DNA of 38,567 bases from a bacterium (GCA_029555085.1 JAKPTO010000015.1:1-38567), one strand, 5' to 3'; counted from the stretch's first letter, positions 19,459 to 29,458 are shown. Translations and numbers: made by a program. Notes: generated by a model not told the origin, from the letters alone.

Positions 19459-19543
19459 GAATTAATATTATAATAAATTACTATTTTTTACTATATTGAC
19501 ATGTGGCTTAAAAAGAATAACATAAATATAGAAAAGCAATTTT

Positions 19544-19962
19544 ATGAAAAATAGGGGCCTTATTTTATTTAAAAATAAATATAGAACTTCGTCTATCAGA
19601 TTAAAAAACTGGGATTATTCTAGTCCTGGTTTTTATTTTATTACAATTTGTACAAAAAATATGCAAAATATGTTTGGTAAAATTATTAATGAAAAAATAA
19701 TATTAAATAAATACGGATATATTGTGAAACATTATTTAAAGCAAATACATGCGCATTTTCGTTTCGTTTGTGTCGATTCGTTTATTGTAATGCCAAACCA
19801 TATTCATTTAATATTACAAATTAAACACACACATACACGTAGAAACGTAGAATTGCTACGTTTCTACGGAAACGAAAATGCGCAAATGTCAAAAATTTTC
19901 ACCAAAGCCAAAATCAATTTCATCAATCATTCATTCATATAAATCCATTACTATTCGCAATA
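19544..19962 (+). pseudogene. REP-associated tyrosine transposase (RAYT, IS200/Y1-like), frameshifted and truncated
   Basis: KYRTSSIRLKNWDYSSPGFYFITICT and the HUH motif VMPNHIH. Removing one T at 19896-19899 gives MSKISPKPKSISSIIHSYKS, a RAYT-like continuation. The C-terminal WQ/catalytic Tyr region is absent. Confidence 0.8.
19838..19868. repeat. GTAG-type REP-like perfect hairpin
   Basis: CGTAGAAACGTAG-AATTG-CTACGTTTCTACG: 13-bp perfect stem inside the RAYT ORF. Confidence 0.8.
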
Positions 19963-19965
19963 GTT

Positions 19966-22461
19966 TTATTTCTTCAAATAATGTTTCAAATATTTTCCTG
20001 TTACGCTTTTTTCATTTCTCGCAATATCTTCAGGTGTTCCATGAGCAATAACTCTACCACCATTTTCTCCACCATCGGGACCTAAATCAATTACACAATC
20101 TACTGATTTTATAACATGCAAATTATGTTCAATAATCAAAATTGTATTTCCATGTTCAACCAGTTTATTGAGTACACGAAGAAGAAGTTCAATATCATGA
20201 TAATGAAGTCCTGTTGTTGGCTCATCAAGTAAATACAATGTTTTCTTGCCAAGAGTATGAGTAAGTTCTTTTGCAAGTTTTATACGCTGAGCCTCTCCAC
20301 CAGAAAGTGTTGTAGCAGGTTGTCCTAATTTCAAATATCCAAGCCCCACATCAATTAAAACTTTTAATTTGTCAGTTATATAATAATTTCCATCAAAAAG
20401 TTTATACGCTTCATCAATTGTTAAATTTAGCACATCCGCAATGCTATGATTTTTGTATTTTACCTGTAAAGTTTCTCTGCTAAATCTTTTTCCATGACAC
20501 ACTTCACACTCAACCATTACTGGTGGCAAAAAGTGCATTTCGATTAAATTAAATCCAGCTCCATCACATGCCTCACATCTTCCCCCAGCTCGATTAAATG
20601 AGAAACGCGACAATGTATAAGCTCTTTCGCGTGACTGGGGAAGTTCTGCAAAAAATTCTCTAATTGGTGAAAATATTCCAGTATAAGTTGCTGGATTTGA
20701 TCTCGGCGTTCGACCAATTGGTGATTGATTTATTTCAACTATTTTATCAACATATTCTAATCCTTTTATTTCTTTTACATTTTGTAAATTTTGTTTTGCC
20801 GGGCGACGCATTATGCGTTCAATATTTTTATACAAAACATCGTAAACAAGCGATGATTTTCCACTTCCCGATACCCCAGTAACTCCAACCATGCGACCTA
20901 ACGGAATTTCTACATTTACTCCTTTTAAATTATTTGCTTTGGCGCCAATAATTTTTAAAACTCCTTTGTTTTTCTCGCGTCTATGATTTGGTATTGCAAT
21001 TTTTTTCTCACCTCTTAAATATTGTAAAGTCAAAGATTTATCATAAGGCTTTTTTGATTCTAATAATTCAAGAGTATTTCCAATTGCAGTAATTTCTCCA
21101 CCATGTACTCCTGCAAGAGGCCCTAAGTCAACTAAATAATCTGATTCCAAAATTGTTCTTTCGTCATGCTCAACAATTACAACAGTATTATTTTTATCTC
21201 TCAAAGTTTTTAATGTTTCAATTAACCTATCCGTATCTCTTTCATGAAGTCCAATTGTTGGCTCATCAAGAACATAAAGAGTTCTAGATAAATGTGAACC
21301 AATTTGTGACGACAATCTAATTCTTTGTGCTTCTCCACCTGATAATGTTTCAGCTTCTCTGTCAAGCGACAAATAATGGAGTCCAACTTTTAATAGAAAT
21401 TCATATCTCGCTATTATTTGATTTATAACGGGATCTGCAATTTCATGCTGACGTTTGGTCATTTTATCTCTAAAATTACTAAAAAATTCAATTGCTTTGT
21501 CGATTGTGAGTGCGCAAATTTCTGCGATATTTTTCTTATTAATTTTTATTGATAATGTTTCGTCTTTTAATCTTTTTCCATTGCATTTATCACAAATTTT
21601 ATCCGTAAAACCTATTTTTCCCAAACCAAAACATTGTGGACATGCTCCATGAGGGGAATTAAACGAAAAAAGTCGTGGTTCTATTTCTGGAAATGAAAAA
21701 TTGTCATTTGGACAAGTCCAGTTTGCTGAAAGTAAAAATTCTTCTCCATTTATTTGAACGATTACAAGTCCCTTGCTATATGAAAGTGATAATTCTACTG
21801 CTTCAAAAATACGCGATTCATCTGAAAGCAGTACTTTATCAACCACTAAATCAATACTGTGTTTTTTCTTTGGATCAATTAATATTTTTTCACGAAGAGA
21901 TTTCATATTTCCATCAACTCTTACTTCGCCATACCCAAGCTTCAAATAATCATAAAGCATTTGATAATACTCGCCTTTTCTATCTCTTACAACAGGAGAT
22001 AAAATTACAGCATAATCTTTTTCAGATTTTTTACGCGACAAAATTATATCAACCATTTCTTCCAATGATAATTTTTCTATTTTTGTACCACATATTGGAC
22101 AAAAAACTTCTCCAAGACGAGAATATAAAACACGAAGATAATCATAAATATCAGTAAGAGTTCCAACTGTGGATCTGGGATTATGTGAAAGCGCTTTTTG
22201 GTCAATTGAAATTGATGGAGCAAGTCCAATTATTTCATCAACATCAGCGGGTTTTTTCTGACCTAAAAATTGTCTCATGTATGGTGAAAGTGATTCTACA
22301 TATTGTCTTTGTCCTTCTGCAAAAAGCGTATCAAAAGCAAGAGAAGATTTTCCACTTCCTGAAAGTCCTGTTATTACTGTTAATTTGTTATGTGGGATCT
22401 CGAGATCAATATTTTTAAGATTATGCATTCTAGCTCCCTTGATAATAATTGACTCTGACAT
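19966..22461 (-). CDS. uvrA: Excinuclease ABC subunit A (lacking the insertion domain)
   Basis: Two ABC modules (GLSGSGKSS, GVSGSGKSS, LSGGEAQRI twice) and zinc fingers; 831 aa. Confidence 0.97.
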   Translation of the reverse strand: MSESIIIKGARMHNLKNIDLEIPHNKLTVITGLSGSGKSSLAFDTLFAEGQRQYVESLSPYMRQFLGQKKPADVDEIIGLAPSISIDQKALSHNPRSTVGTLTDIYDYLRVLYSRLGEVFCPICGTKIEKLSLEEMVDIILSRKKSEKDYAVILSPVVRDRKGEYYQMLYDYLKLGYGEVRVDGNMKSLREKILIDPKKKHSIDLVVDKVLLSDESRIFEAVELSLSYSKGLVIVQINGEEFLLSANWTCPNDNFSFPEIEPRLFSFNSPHGACPQCFGLGKIGFTDKICDKCNGKRLKDETLSIKINKKNIAEICALTIDKAIEFFSNFRDKMTKRQHEIADPVINQIIARYEFLLKVGLHYLSLDREAETLSGGEAQRIRLSSQIGSHLSRTLYVLDEPTIGLHERDTDRLIETLKTLRDKNNTVVIVEHDERTILESDYLVDLGPLAGVHGGEITAIGNTLELLESKKPYDKSLTLQYLRGEKKIAIPNHRREKNKGVLKIIGAKANNLKGVNVEIPLGRMVGVTGVSGSGKSSLVYDVLYKNIERIMRRPAKQNLQNVKEIKGLEYVDKIVEINQSPIGRTPRSNPATYTGIFSPIREFFAELPQSRERAYTLSRFSFNRAGGRCEACDGAGFNLIEMHFLPPVMVECEVCHGKRFSRETLQVKYKNHSIADVLNLTIDEAYKLFDGNYYITDKLKVLIDVGLGYLKLGQPATTLSGGEAQRIKLAKELTHTLGKKTLYLLDEPTTGLHYHDIELLLRVLNKLVEHGNTILIIEHNLHVIKSVDCVIDLGPDGGENGGRVIAHGTPEDIARNEKSVTGKYLKHYLKK

Positions 22462-22465
22462 ATTT

Positions 22466-23710
22466 TTATCCTTCTTGAATATTATTTTTTATTTTTTCTA
22501 TTGTGAGTGTTTTATAGCCACTGACCCCGGATGATATAAAAATATTGAATTTTTTGGTATCGATCATATTTCTAAAAATATTTTTAATTTTTGAATTTAA
22601 GTTCGGATCATTATCAAGTGTTTTTTTAGAAATTTGCATTGGATAAATTCTGCATTTACCACCCTCTTTTAAAGAATTACAAATATTAGAAAATAAAGAT
22701 TCTATTTGTTCTATATTATCTAAATACATGGGCACAGAAAATGAAGCCCAAATTTCGTCTGGGGAATCTATGTTATTATTTTTTAACTCTTCTAAAAGAT
22801 TATCACTAGAAGCATCTATTTTTAGACAATTATATTTTACTTTTGACCGTTTTTTTATTTCATCAATTTTATTTTCATCTATAAATGGATCAATATTTGT
22901 GATACTATTTGGTCGAAAATCCTCTGAGTCTAATAAATCCTGACATGAATAACCACCACCCAAAAGACATATATTCTTACCATTTACAATGCTTTGTATA
23001 TATTTTTTTTGTTCATCAATTCTAATTTGTGGAATTCCAAACATTGAAACACAATAATGCGCTCTTTTGTCTATTAATTTTGTTGCTGGCCCAATACCAT
23101 CTTTATTGTAAAATGGCCTTCCTCTACCCGTATCATCAAAATTTGTTTTTTGCTCGTTAGCTTTAGAAATAATATTATCAAAAAATAACTTTTCTAACTC
23201 TTTCTCATTATTTTCTTTATTAAATTTACTATTTTCTGATATTGACAATAAATTTGTAAAAATTTCTTTTAGTTGCTCATCGTTGAGATATTTCCATTCA
23301 GAAAATTGTGGATTTAAAGTCAGTACACCATTTCCGAATTTTATATTCATCCCCCTTAAAACGACAGAGATTCTATTTATATAAGATTCTCTCGACTCAC
23401 TTTCTTTTGGTTTAAAGTCTACTTCTCCATTTCTTTCTTGATTTATATATTCAATTTCAGAACTTGCCATATCAGAAGCAACTCCAATTTCATTTTCCGT
23501 ATTCTCTGCTATTTCCTGTATTTCTAAATTATCCTTGTATGAATTAGATATATCTCGATTATCCTTAATCGCAATATCTACTTCTGTGTTAATTTCTTTT
23601 TTTACTTCTACAATAATTTCTTCTAAGTTTTCTTGTGGTTTTATAATCTCTTGCTCATTATTAGATTCATTTGATTGTATTGTTTCTTGTTGATTGTTAT
23701 TTTCTAACAT
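22466..23710 (-). CDS. Hypothetical protein: acidic helical N-terminus + class I SAM-methyltransferase-like C-terminus
   Basis: ICLLGGGYS (motif I-like), ITNIDP, DAS, DEIWASFSVPMYL and SLKEGGKCRIYP; first 90 aa contain 23 D/E versus 6 K/R. Confidence 0.6.
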   Translation of the reverse strand: MLENNNQQETIQSNESNNEQEIIKPQENLEEIIVEVKKEINTEVDIAIKDNRDISNSYKDNLEIQEIAENTENEIGVASDMASSEIEYINQERNGEVDFKPKESESRESYINRISVVLRGMNIKFGNGVLTLNPQFSEWKYLNDEQLKEIFTNLLSISENSKFNKENNEKELEKLFFDNIISKANEQKTNFDDTGRGRPFYNKDGIGPATKLIDKRAHYCVSMFGIPQIRIDEQKKYIQSIVNGKNICLLGGGYSCQDLLDSEDFRPNSITNIDPFIDENKIDEIKKRSKVKYNCLKIDASSDNLLEELKNNNIDSPDEIWASFSVPMYLDNIEQIESLFSNICNSLKEGGKCRIYPMQISKKTLDNDPNLNSKIKNIFRNMIDTKKFNIFISSGVSGYKTLTIEKIKNNIQEG

Positions 23711-23714
23711 ATTT

Positions 23715-23867
23715 TTATTTTAGATTATTTAAAATATTATTAATTTTTTGATTATCTTGTTTTTTTATAATTTCTTCGATTTTCTTATTTCTGTTTTTTA
23801 TAATAGAGCTTAGTGTTTCGCGAAAAACATTTTTAATTTTTTTAATTTTTAATATTTTTTCTTCCAT
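23715..23867 (-). CDS. Small basic helical protein (50 aa), not in the ORF track
   Basis: MEEKILKIKKIKNVFRETLSSIIKNRNKKIEEIIKKQDNQKINNILNNLK*; fills the gap between uvrB (25 nt upstream) and the next ATG (4 nt downstream). Confidence 0.65.
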   Translation of the reverse strand: MEEKILKIKKIKNVFRETLSSIIKNRNKKIEEIIKKQDNQKINNILNNLK

Positions 23868-23892
23868 ATATTTTCAATTAACTATTTTTAAA

Positions 23893-25728
23893 TTATTGAT
23901 CAGTTGGTAAATCCAAAAAATCTTCAATTTGTTTTTTAATTGTTTTTGGCTTGATATTGTGTTTTTTATTATATTCAAGTTGTTTTTTTCTTCTTCGCTC
24001 AACTTCTTTAATAGCGCGTTTCATTGAGTCGGTAATTGTATCAGCATATAAAATTATTTTTCCACTTACATTTCTTGCAGCACGACCCATTGTCTGCATA
24101 AGAGATGTTTGCGATCTAAGAAATCCTTCGCGATCTGCATCTAATATTGCAACAAGAGTTACTTCTGGTAAATCGAGTCCCTCGCGAAGTAAATTCACCC
24201 CAATTAAAACATCAAATTTTCCCAGACGGAAATCTTTTAAAATATCAGTTCTCTCAAATGTTTTTACATCACTGTGTAAATAATTCGACTTAAATTTATT
24301 CTGAGTTAAAAATGCATGCAAATCCTCTGCTTGTTTTTTTGTAAGTGTATTTATAATTGCTCTTTCGCCTTTTTTGGCAATGATTTTGATTTCATCCATA
24401 ATGTCACTAATTTGACTTCTGTTGTGTTTTTTATCAAATACTGGTCTTACTTCTATTTCAGGATCAATGAGTCCTGTAGGTCTTATAATTTGCTCTACGA
24501 CGGCTTTTGAATGCTCATACTCAAACTTTCCAGGTGTTGCAGTAGTAAAAATCACCTGTCCGATTCTACTCAAAAACTCATTAAACTTTAAAGGTCTGTT
24601 ATCAAGTGCCGATGGCAATCTCCAACCGTATTGAACAAGAGTTTGTTTTCTTGCTCTATCACCTTCATACATTCCGCGAATCTGTGGAATTCCAATATGC
24701 GACTCATCAATCACTGTAAGAAAATCTGCTTTTCTATTTTTTTTAGGAAAATATGCAAGCAAAGAATCCGGTGCTTCTCCGGCAAGTTTTCCAGATAAAT
24801 GACGAGAATAATTTTCTATTCCATGACAATAACCAATTGTTTTTATCATTTCCAAATCATATCTTGTTCTGCGTCTTAATCTTTCTTCTTCTAAATATAA
24901 TTTATGTTTTTTAAAATATGATAATCTTTCTTTTAATTCAATTTGTATATTTTTTATCGCTTCTTTTGTTTGAGGTTCTGATGATATAAAATGTTTCGGA
25001 GGGAAAATTACAATCTCTTTCAAGTCTTCTAAAATATTTTGTGAAACATTATCAATAACACTAATTTGTTTTATGATCTGATCTTCAATTTCTATTCTAT
25101 ATGTAATATCTTCATTAACTGGTTTTATTTCAAAATTATTTCCACGCAATCTAAATTGTCCGCGTTTCAAAACTCCGTTTGTTCTTTCAAAATGAATTTT
25201 AATTAATTGTGAAATGAAATCAGCACGAACCATTAGTTTGTCTTTTTCTAAATGAATACTGGCTTCTTGATAACTCATTGGTACACCAAGATTATAAATA
25301 CAGGAAACCGAAGCAACAATTATTACATCGCGTCTTGTCGATAAAGCTGTCGTAGCTCCGTGACGAAGACGATCTATTTCTTCATTTATCATTGCTTCTT
25401 TATCAATATAAGTATCTGTAATTGGTAAATATGCTTCTGGTTGATAATAATCATAATAAGAAACAAAATAATGAACTGCGTTATTTGGAAAAAAATTTTT
25501 ATATTCTCTATATAATTGAGCTGCTAAAGATTTATTTGGTGCAATCACCAAAACTGGTTTATCAATATACTCTATAATATTTGCAATTGTAAATGTTTTA
25601 CCTGATCCCGTTACCCCCATTAATGTTTGAAAATCAAAACCCTTCTCAATTCCACTAATGAGTTTTCTAATTGCCTCTGGTTGATCTCCAGCTGGTTTAA
25701 ATGATGAATGTAATTTAAATAACGACAT
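23893..25728 (-). CDS. uvrB: Excinuclease ABC subunit B (start probably 25728)
   Basis: PAGDQP, GVTGSGKTFT, YFVSYYDYYQPEAY, DESH, LLREGLDLPEV, QTMGRAARN; no C-terminal UVR domain. Confidence 0.97.
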   Translation of the reverse strand: MSLFKLHSSFKPAGDQPEAIRKLISGIEKGFDFQTLMGVTGSGKTFTIANIIEYIDKPVLVIAPNKSLAAQLYREYKNFFPNNAVHYFVSYYDYYQPEAYLPITDTYIDKEAMINEEIDRLRHGATTALSTRRDVIIVASVSCIYNLGVPMSYQEASIHLEKDKLMVRADFISQLIKIHFERTNGVLKRGQFRLRGNNFEIKPVNEDITYRIEIEDQIIKQISVIDNVSQNILEDLKEIVIFPPKHFISSEPQTKEAIKNIQIELKERLSYFKKHKLYLEEERLRRRTRYDLEMIKTIGYCHGIENYSRHLSGKLAGEAPDSLLAYFPKKNRKADFLTVIDESHIGIPQIRGMYEGDRARKQTLVQYGWRLPSALDNRPLKFNEFLSRIGQVIFTTATPGKFEYEHSKAVVEQIIRPTGLIDPEIEVRPVFDKKHNRSQISDIMDEIKIIAKKGERAIINTLTKKQAEDLHAFLTQNKFKSNYLHSDVKTFERTDILKDFRLGKFDVLIGVNLLREGLDLPEVTLVAILDADREGFLRSQTSLMQTMGRAARNVSGKIILYADTITDSMKRAIKEVERRRKKQLEYNKKHNIKPKTIKKQIEDFLDLPTDQ

Positions 25729-25898
25729 AAAGCACAAACAACCTCCCATTTGCCCATGGGGGTTGTATTGACAAATAATTATATAAACAGCTTAACAGAC
25801 AATGAACTAAAAATCAATAATTATACCGTTAACACTAATAAATAACACTTGCTATACTTAGAGGTAACACTGTTAACATAGGATTTTATTTGTATAAT

Positions 25899-28562
25899 CT
25901 ATTTCTTTAATAATTCTTTTACTGCTGCTTGAGCTGCCGCAAGACGCGCAATTGGAACCCTAAATGGTGAACAAGACACATAATCAAATCCATTTCTATG
26001 GCAAAATTCAACCGCATTTGGTTCCCCGCCATGCTCTCCGCAAATCCCAATTTTCAAATCTGATTTCACACTTCTTCCTTTTTCAATTGCAATTCTAATT
26101 AATTCCCCAATTCCTTCTTGATCTAAAACTTCAAATGGATCATTTTCATAAATTCCTTGCGCTACATATTCTTTTAAAAATTTCCCTGCGTCATCACGAG
26201 AAAGTCCAGCCCCCATTTGTGTTAAATCATTTGTACCAAATGAGAAAAACTCGGCTCCACTTTCAACAATTTTATCAGCAACTAGCGCTGCACGAGGAAC
26301 TTCAATCATTGTTCCAATTTTGTATTTAATCTCAAGTCCAGATTGTTTTAATTTAGCATCAACAATTTTTACAATTCTATCTTTTAAAATTGAAAACTCT
26401 TTTGTTGTTGCAATGAGTGGAATCATAATTTCTGGCTTAACATCGTGTTTTTTACCACAAACTGGACAATTATCTGCTACTGCAATTGCGGCCTCAATTA
26501 TTGCAACTGTTTGCATGTCATAAATTTCAGGAAATGTTATAGCAAGACGACATCCGCGATGACCAAGCATTGGATTAACTTCATGCAAATCTTCAATTTT
26601 TTCTCTTAGAGTTTCAACTGAAACATTCATCTCTTGTGCTAATTCTATAATATTTTTTTCTTCTTTTGGCAAAAATTCATGTAGAGGTGGATCGAGAAAT
26701 CTTATTGTCGTAGAATATGAATCCATTTCATGAAACAAACCTATAAAATCTTCCTTCTGGTATGGTAATAATTTTGCTAAAGCTGTCTTTCTAGCTTCTA
26801 CATTATCAGCTAAAATCATTTCTCTAACAGCTTTTATTCTATCACCCTCAAAAAACATATGCTCAGTCCTACACAATCCTATTCCCTGAGCTCCAAATTT
26901 GATTGCAGTAGCTGCGTCAATTGGAGTATCGGCGTTGGTTCTAATACTAATTTTTCTAAACTCATCAGCCCAGTCCATAAGTGTTCCAAAATTTCCCGAC
27001 AATTCTGGATCCTGAGTTCCGACCTTTCCCAAATAAACCTTTCCAGTTGAACCATCAAGAGATATAAAATCACCCTCTTTTATAGTTATATTTTTACTTT
27101 TTATTGTGAGGATCTTTGCTTTTTCATCAATTAATATATCAGAACATCCTGCCACACAACATGTTCCCATTCCACGAGCCACAACCGCAGCGTGTGATGT
27201 CATTCCTCCACGAGCTGTTAAAATTCCTTTCGCGCTATGCATTCCATCAATGTCCTCAGGAGATGTTTCGGTTCTAACCAAAATCACATTTAATCCTTCC
27301 TGATTTTTATTAAATGCTTCACTAGCTGTAAAAACTACTTCACCAACAGCAGCACCGGGTGATGCTGGAAGTCCGTGAGCAATTTCTTCTGCATTTACAA
27401 GAGCAACTGGATTGAGTTGTTTATGTAATAATTGATTTAATTGATTTGGCTCAACACGTAAAATCGCTTCTTCTTTTGTAATTAATCCTTCGTTAACCAT
27501 TTCAACTGCAATTCTTACTCCAGCTGTGGCGGTTCTCTTACCGCTTCTCGCTTGCAAAATATACAATTTATTATTTTGAATTGTAAATTCCATGTCTTGC
27601 ATGTCTTTGTAATGTTTTTCTACTTTATCGCATATATCAACAAGCTCTTTATAAATTTCAGGATTTTGCTTTTCAAGCTCTGATACTGGCATTGGAGTTC
27701 TAATTCCCGCTACAACATCTTCACCCTGCGCGTTCATTAAATATTCTCCGTAAAATTTTGCTTCACCCGTTGATGGATTTCTTGTAAAGCAAACTCCTGT
27801 TCCTGAATCCTCTCCTAAATTTCCAAATACCATGGATTGAATATTTACAGCAGTTCCTATTAATCCTTTTATTCCATTAATTTCTCTATATCTTATGGCT
27901 CTATAATTATTCCATGAATTAAAAACCGCATTTATTGATAAAAATAATTGTTCAACTGGGTCTTGTGGGAATTCAATTCCTTTTATTTCTTTAATTTTTT
28001 CTTTATATTTTTTTACAATTTCCTGTAAATCCTCTGTTGTTAAATCAGTATCATATTTTGCGCCTTTTGTATCTTTTGCATTTTCTAAAATGTGTTCAAA
28101 TTCAGCATGCTCAACTTCCAATACAACATCACCAAACATTTGAATGAGTCTTCTATATGAATCCCATGCAAATCTTGCGTTCCCAGATTTATTTGATAAT
28201 CCCTCGACTGATTTATCATTTAATCCTAAGTTTAATATTGTATCCATCATTCCTGGCATAGAAGATGCGGCACCTGAACGAACAGAAACAAGCAATGGAT
28301 CATTTGCATCACCCAAAGTTTTCTCCATTTTCTTTTGTAATTTATCTAAGTGTTCTAAAATTTCTTTTTTTATTTCTTCTGTGATTTGTTTTTCATTCTT
28401 ATAGTACAGGTCACAAACTTCTGTTGTTATTGTAAATCCAGGTGGTACATTAATACCCAAAGTTGACATTTCAGCCAAATTTGCACCTTTGCCACCAAGA
28501 ATTTGTTTCATGTCTTTATTCCCCTCTTCGAAAGAATAGACATACTTTTTTACATCAGGCAT
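25899..28562 (-). CDS. ppdK: Pyruvate, phosphate dikinase
   Basis: LGGKGANLAEM, VSVRSGA, GGMTSHAAVVARG (phospho-His), GIGLCRTEHMF, FSFGTNDLTQ, GICGEHGG. Confidence 0.98.
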   Translation of the reverse strand: MPDVKKYVYSFEEGNKDMKQILGGKGANLAEMSTLGINVPPGFTITTEVCDLYYKNEKQITEEIKKEILEHLDKLQKKMEKTLGDANDPLLVSVRSGAASSMPGMMDTILNLGLNDKSVEGLSNKSGNARFAWDSYRRLIQMFGDVVLEVEHAEFEHILENAKDTKGAKYDTDLTTEDLQEIVKKYKEKIKEIKGIEFPQDPVEQLFLSINAVFNSWNNYRAIRYREINGIKGLIGTAVNIQSMVFGNLGEDSGTGVCFTRNPSTGEAKFYGEYLMNAQGEDVVAGIRTPMPVSELEKQNPEIYKELVDICDKVEKHYKDMQDMEFTIQNNKLYILQARSGKRTATAGVRIAVEMVNEGLITKEEAILRVEPNQLNQLLHKQLNPVALVNAEEIAHGLPASPGAAVGEVVFTASEAFNKNQEGLNVILVRTETSPEDIDGMHSAKGILTARGGMTSHAAVVARGMGTCCVAGCSDILIDEKAKILTIKSKNITIKEGDFISLDGSTGKVYLGKVGTQDPELSGNFGTLMDWADEFRKISIRTNADTPIDAATAIKFGAQGIGLCRTEHMFFEGDRIKAVREMILADNVEARKTALAKLLPYQKEDFIGLFHEMDSYSTTIRFLDPPLHEFLPKEEKNIIELAQEMNVSVETLREKIEDLHEVNPMLGHRGCRLAITFPEIYDMQTVAIIEAAIAVADNCPVCGKKHDVKPEIMIPLIATTKEFSILKDRIVKIVDAKLKQSGLEIKYKIGTMIEVPRAALVADKIVESGAEFFSFGTNDLTQMGAGLSRDDAGKFLKEYVAQGIYENDPFEVLDQEGIGELIRIAIEKGRSVKSDLKIGICGEHGGEPNAVEFCHRNGFDYVSCSPFRVPIARLAAAQAAVKELLKK

Positions 28563-28640
28563 AATTTTTTTGTTTATAATTTATAAATTTTGTAGCTCAA
28601 TTATCTCATTTTTAAAAATAAAAATCAATAGTTTTTAAAC

Positions 28641-28671
28641 AAAAAACTGCCAGAAATATCTCTAGCAGTTT
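28641..28671 (-). terminator. Intrinsic terminator of the 28685-29458 gene
   Basis: Minus strand aaactgctaga-gatatt-tctggcagttt then tttgttt. Confidence 0.7.
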
Positions 28672-28684
28672 ATTATTGTAAAGA

Positions 28685-29458
28685 TTATTCACAAAAATCA
28701 CAGATCTTTGCTAATGCAGATAATAAAATAATCTGCTCATCTGGACGATCAATATTGTGACCACAAATCTCACCATCTCCAACAATTAACCATAATCCAC
28801 TCTTTATACTAGGAGCATTAATTTGTATTATGCTATTATATGGAGAAACTGAAAACATGAATTCGTAGACATGTTTTTCGTCTACAATTTTCTTTTCAAC
28901 ATTAGTCATGGTTTTAATAATCTCCTTAATTTCTACATCTGTTATACTTGCAACTTTTGCAGAAATTACAGGAGAACATGATCCTAAAATATGAAATCCA
29001 GAACTATCCCCACAAATAAAAGATGTTTGTATTTCTATTTTTTGCAACATTTTTTCTTCTACTTCTTTATGTTCCCTACGGAATAAATAAAAAAACTGCG
29101 CGAAAAAAAGAAAAACATGCAAAGTTGCACAGATTTTTAATGGTTCGTGGAATTTATCTGTTTGAAAATAGACAAACCCATCATTTTCTTGATGAATTTT
29201 CTGAAAAATCTTATCAAAACCAAAACCTTGTTTTTTGAAATCAAAATTAAATTGATAATTTAGTTCGTTTTGCTTTAAAAATTCTTTTGCGTAACTAGTA
29301 ATACGCTCTAATGTTACAGTCTTATTAGATGTAAAAAAATCTTTGCGTATTTTTAATATCAACTGACAATTATTACTGTCAAAGGATAAATCAAAAACAC
29401 GGGATACTGGCTGATACATTGCTGGCATTATTCCTCCGGATAATATTATTTTCTCCAT
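28685..29458 (-). CDS. Hypothetical protein
   Basis: 257-aa ORF with its own terminator; C-terminal GHNIDRPDEQIILLSALAKI; alternative start at 29428 after GGAGG. Confidence 0.7.
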   Translation of the reverse strand: MEKIILSGGIMPAMYQPVSRVFDLSFDSNNCQLILKIRKDFFTSNKTVTLERITSYAKEFLKQNELNYQFNFDFKKQGFGFDKIFQKIHQENDGFVYFQTDKFHEPLKICATLHVFLFFAQFFYLFRREHKEVEEKMLQKIEIQTSFICGDSSGFHILGSCSPVISAKVASITDVEIKEIIKTMTNVEKKIVDEKHVYEFMFSVSPYNSIIQINAPSIKSGLWLIVGDGEICGHNIDRPDEQIILLSALAKICDFCE

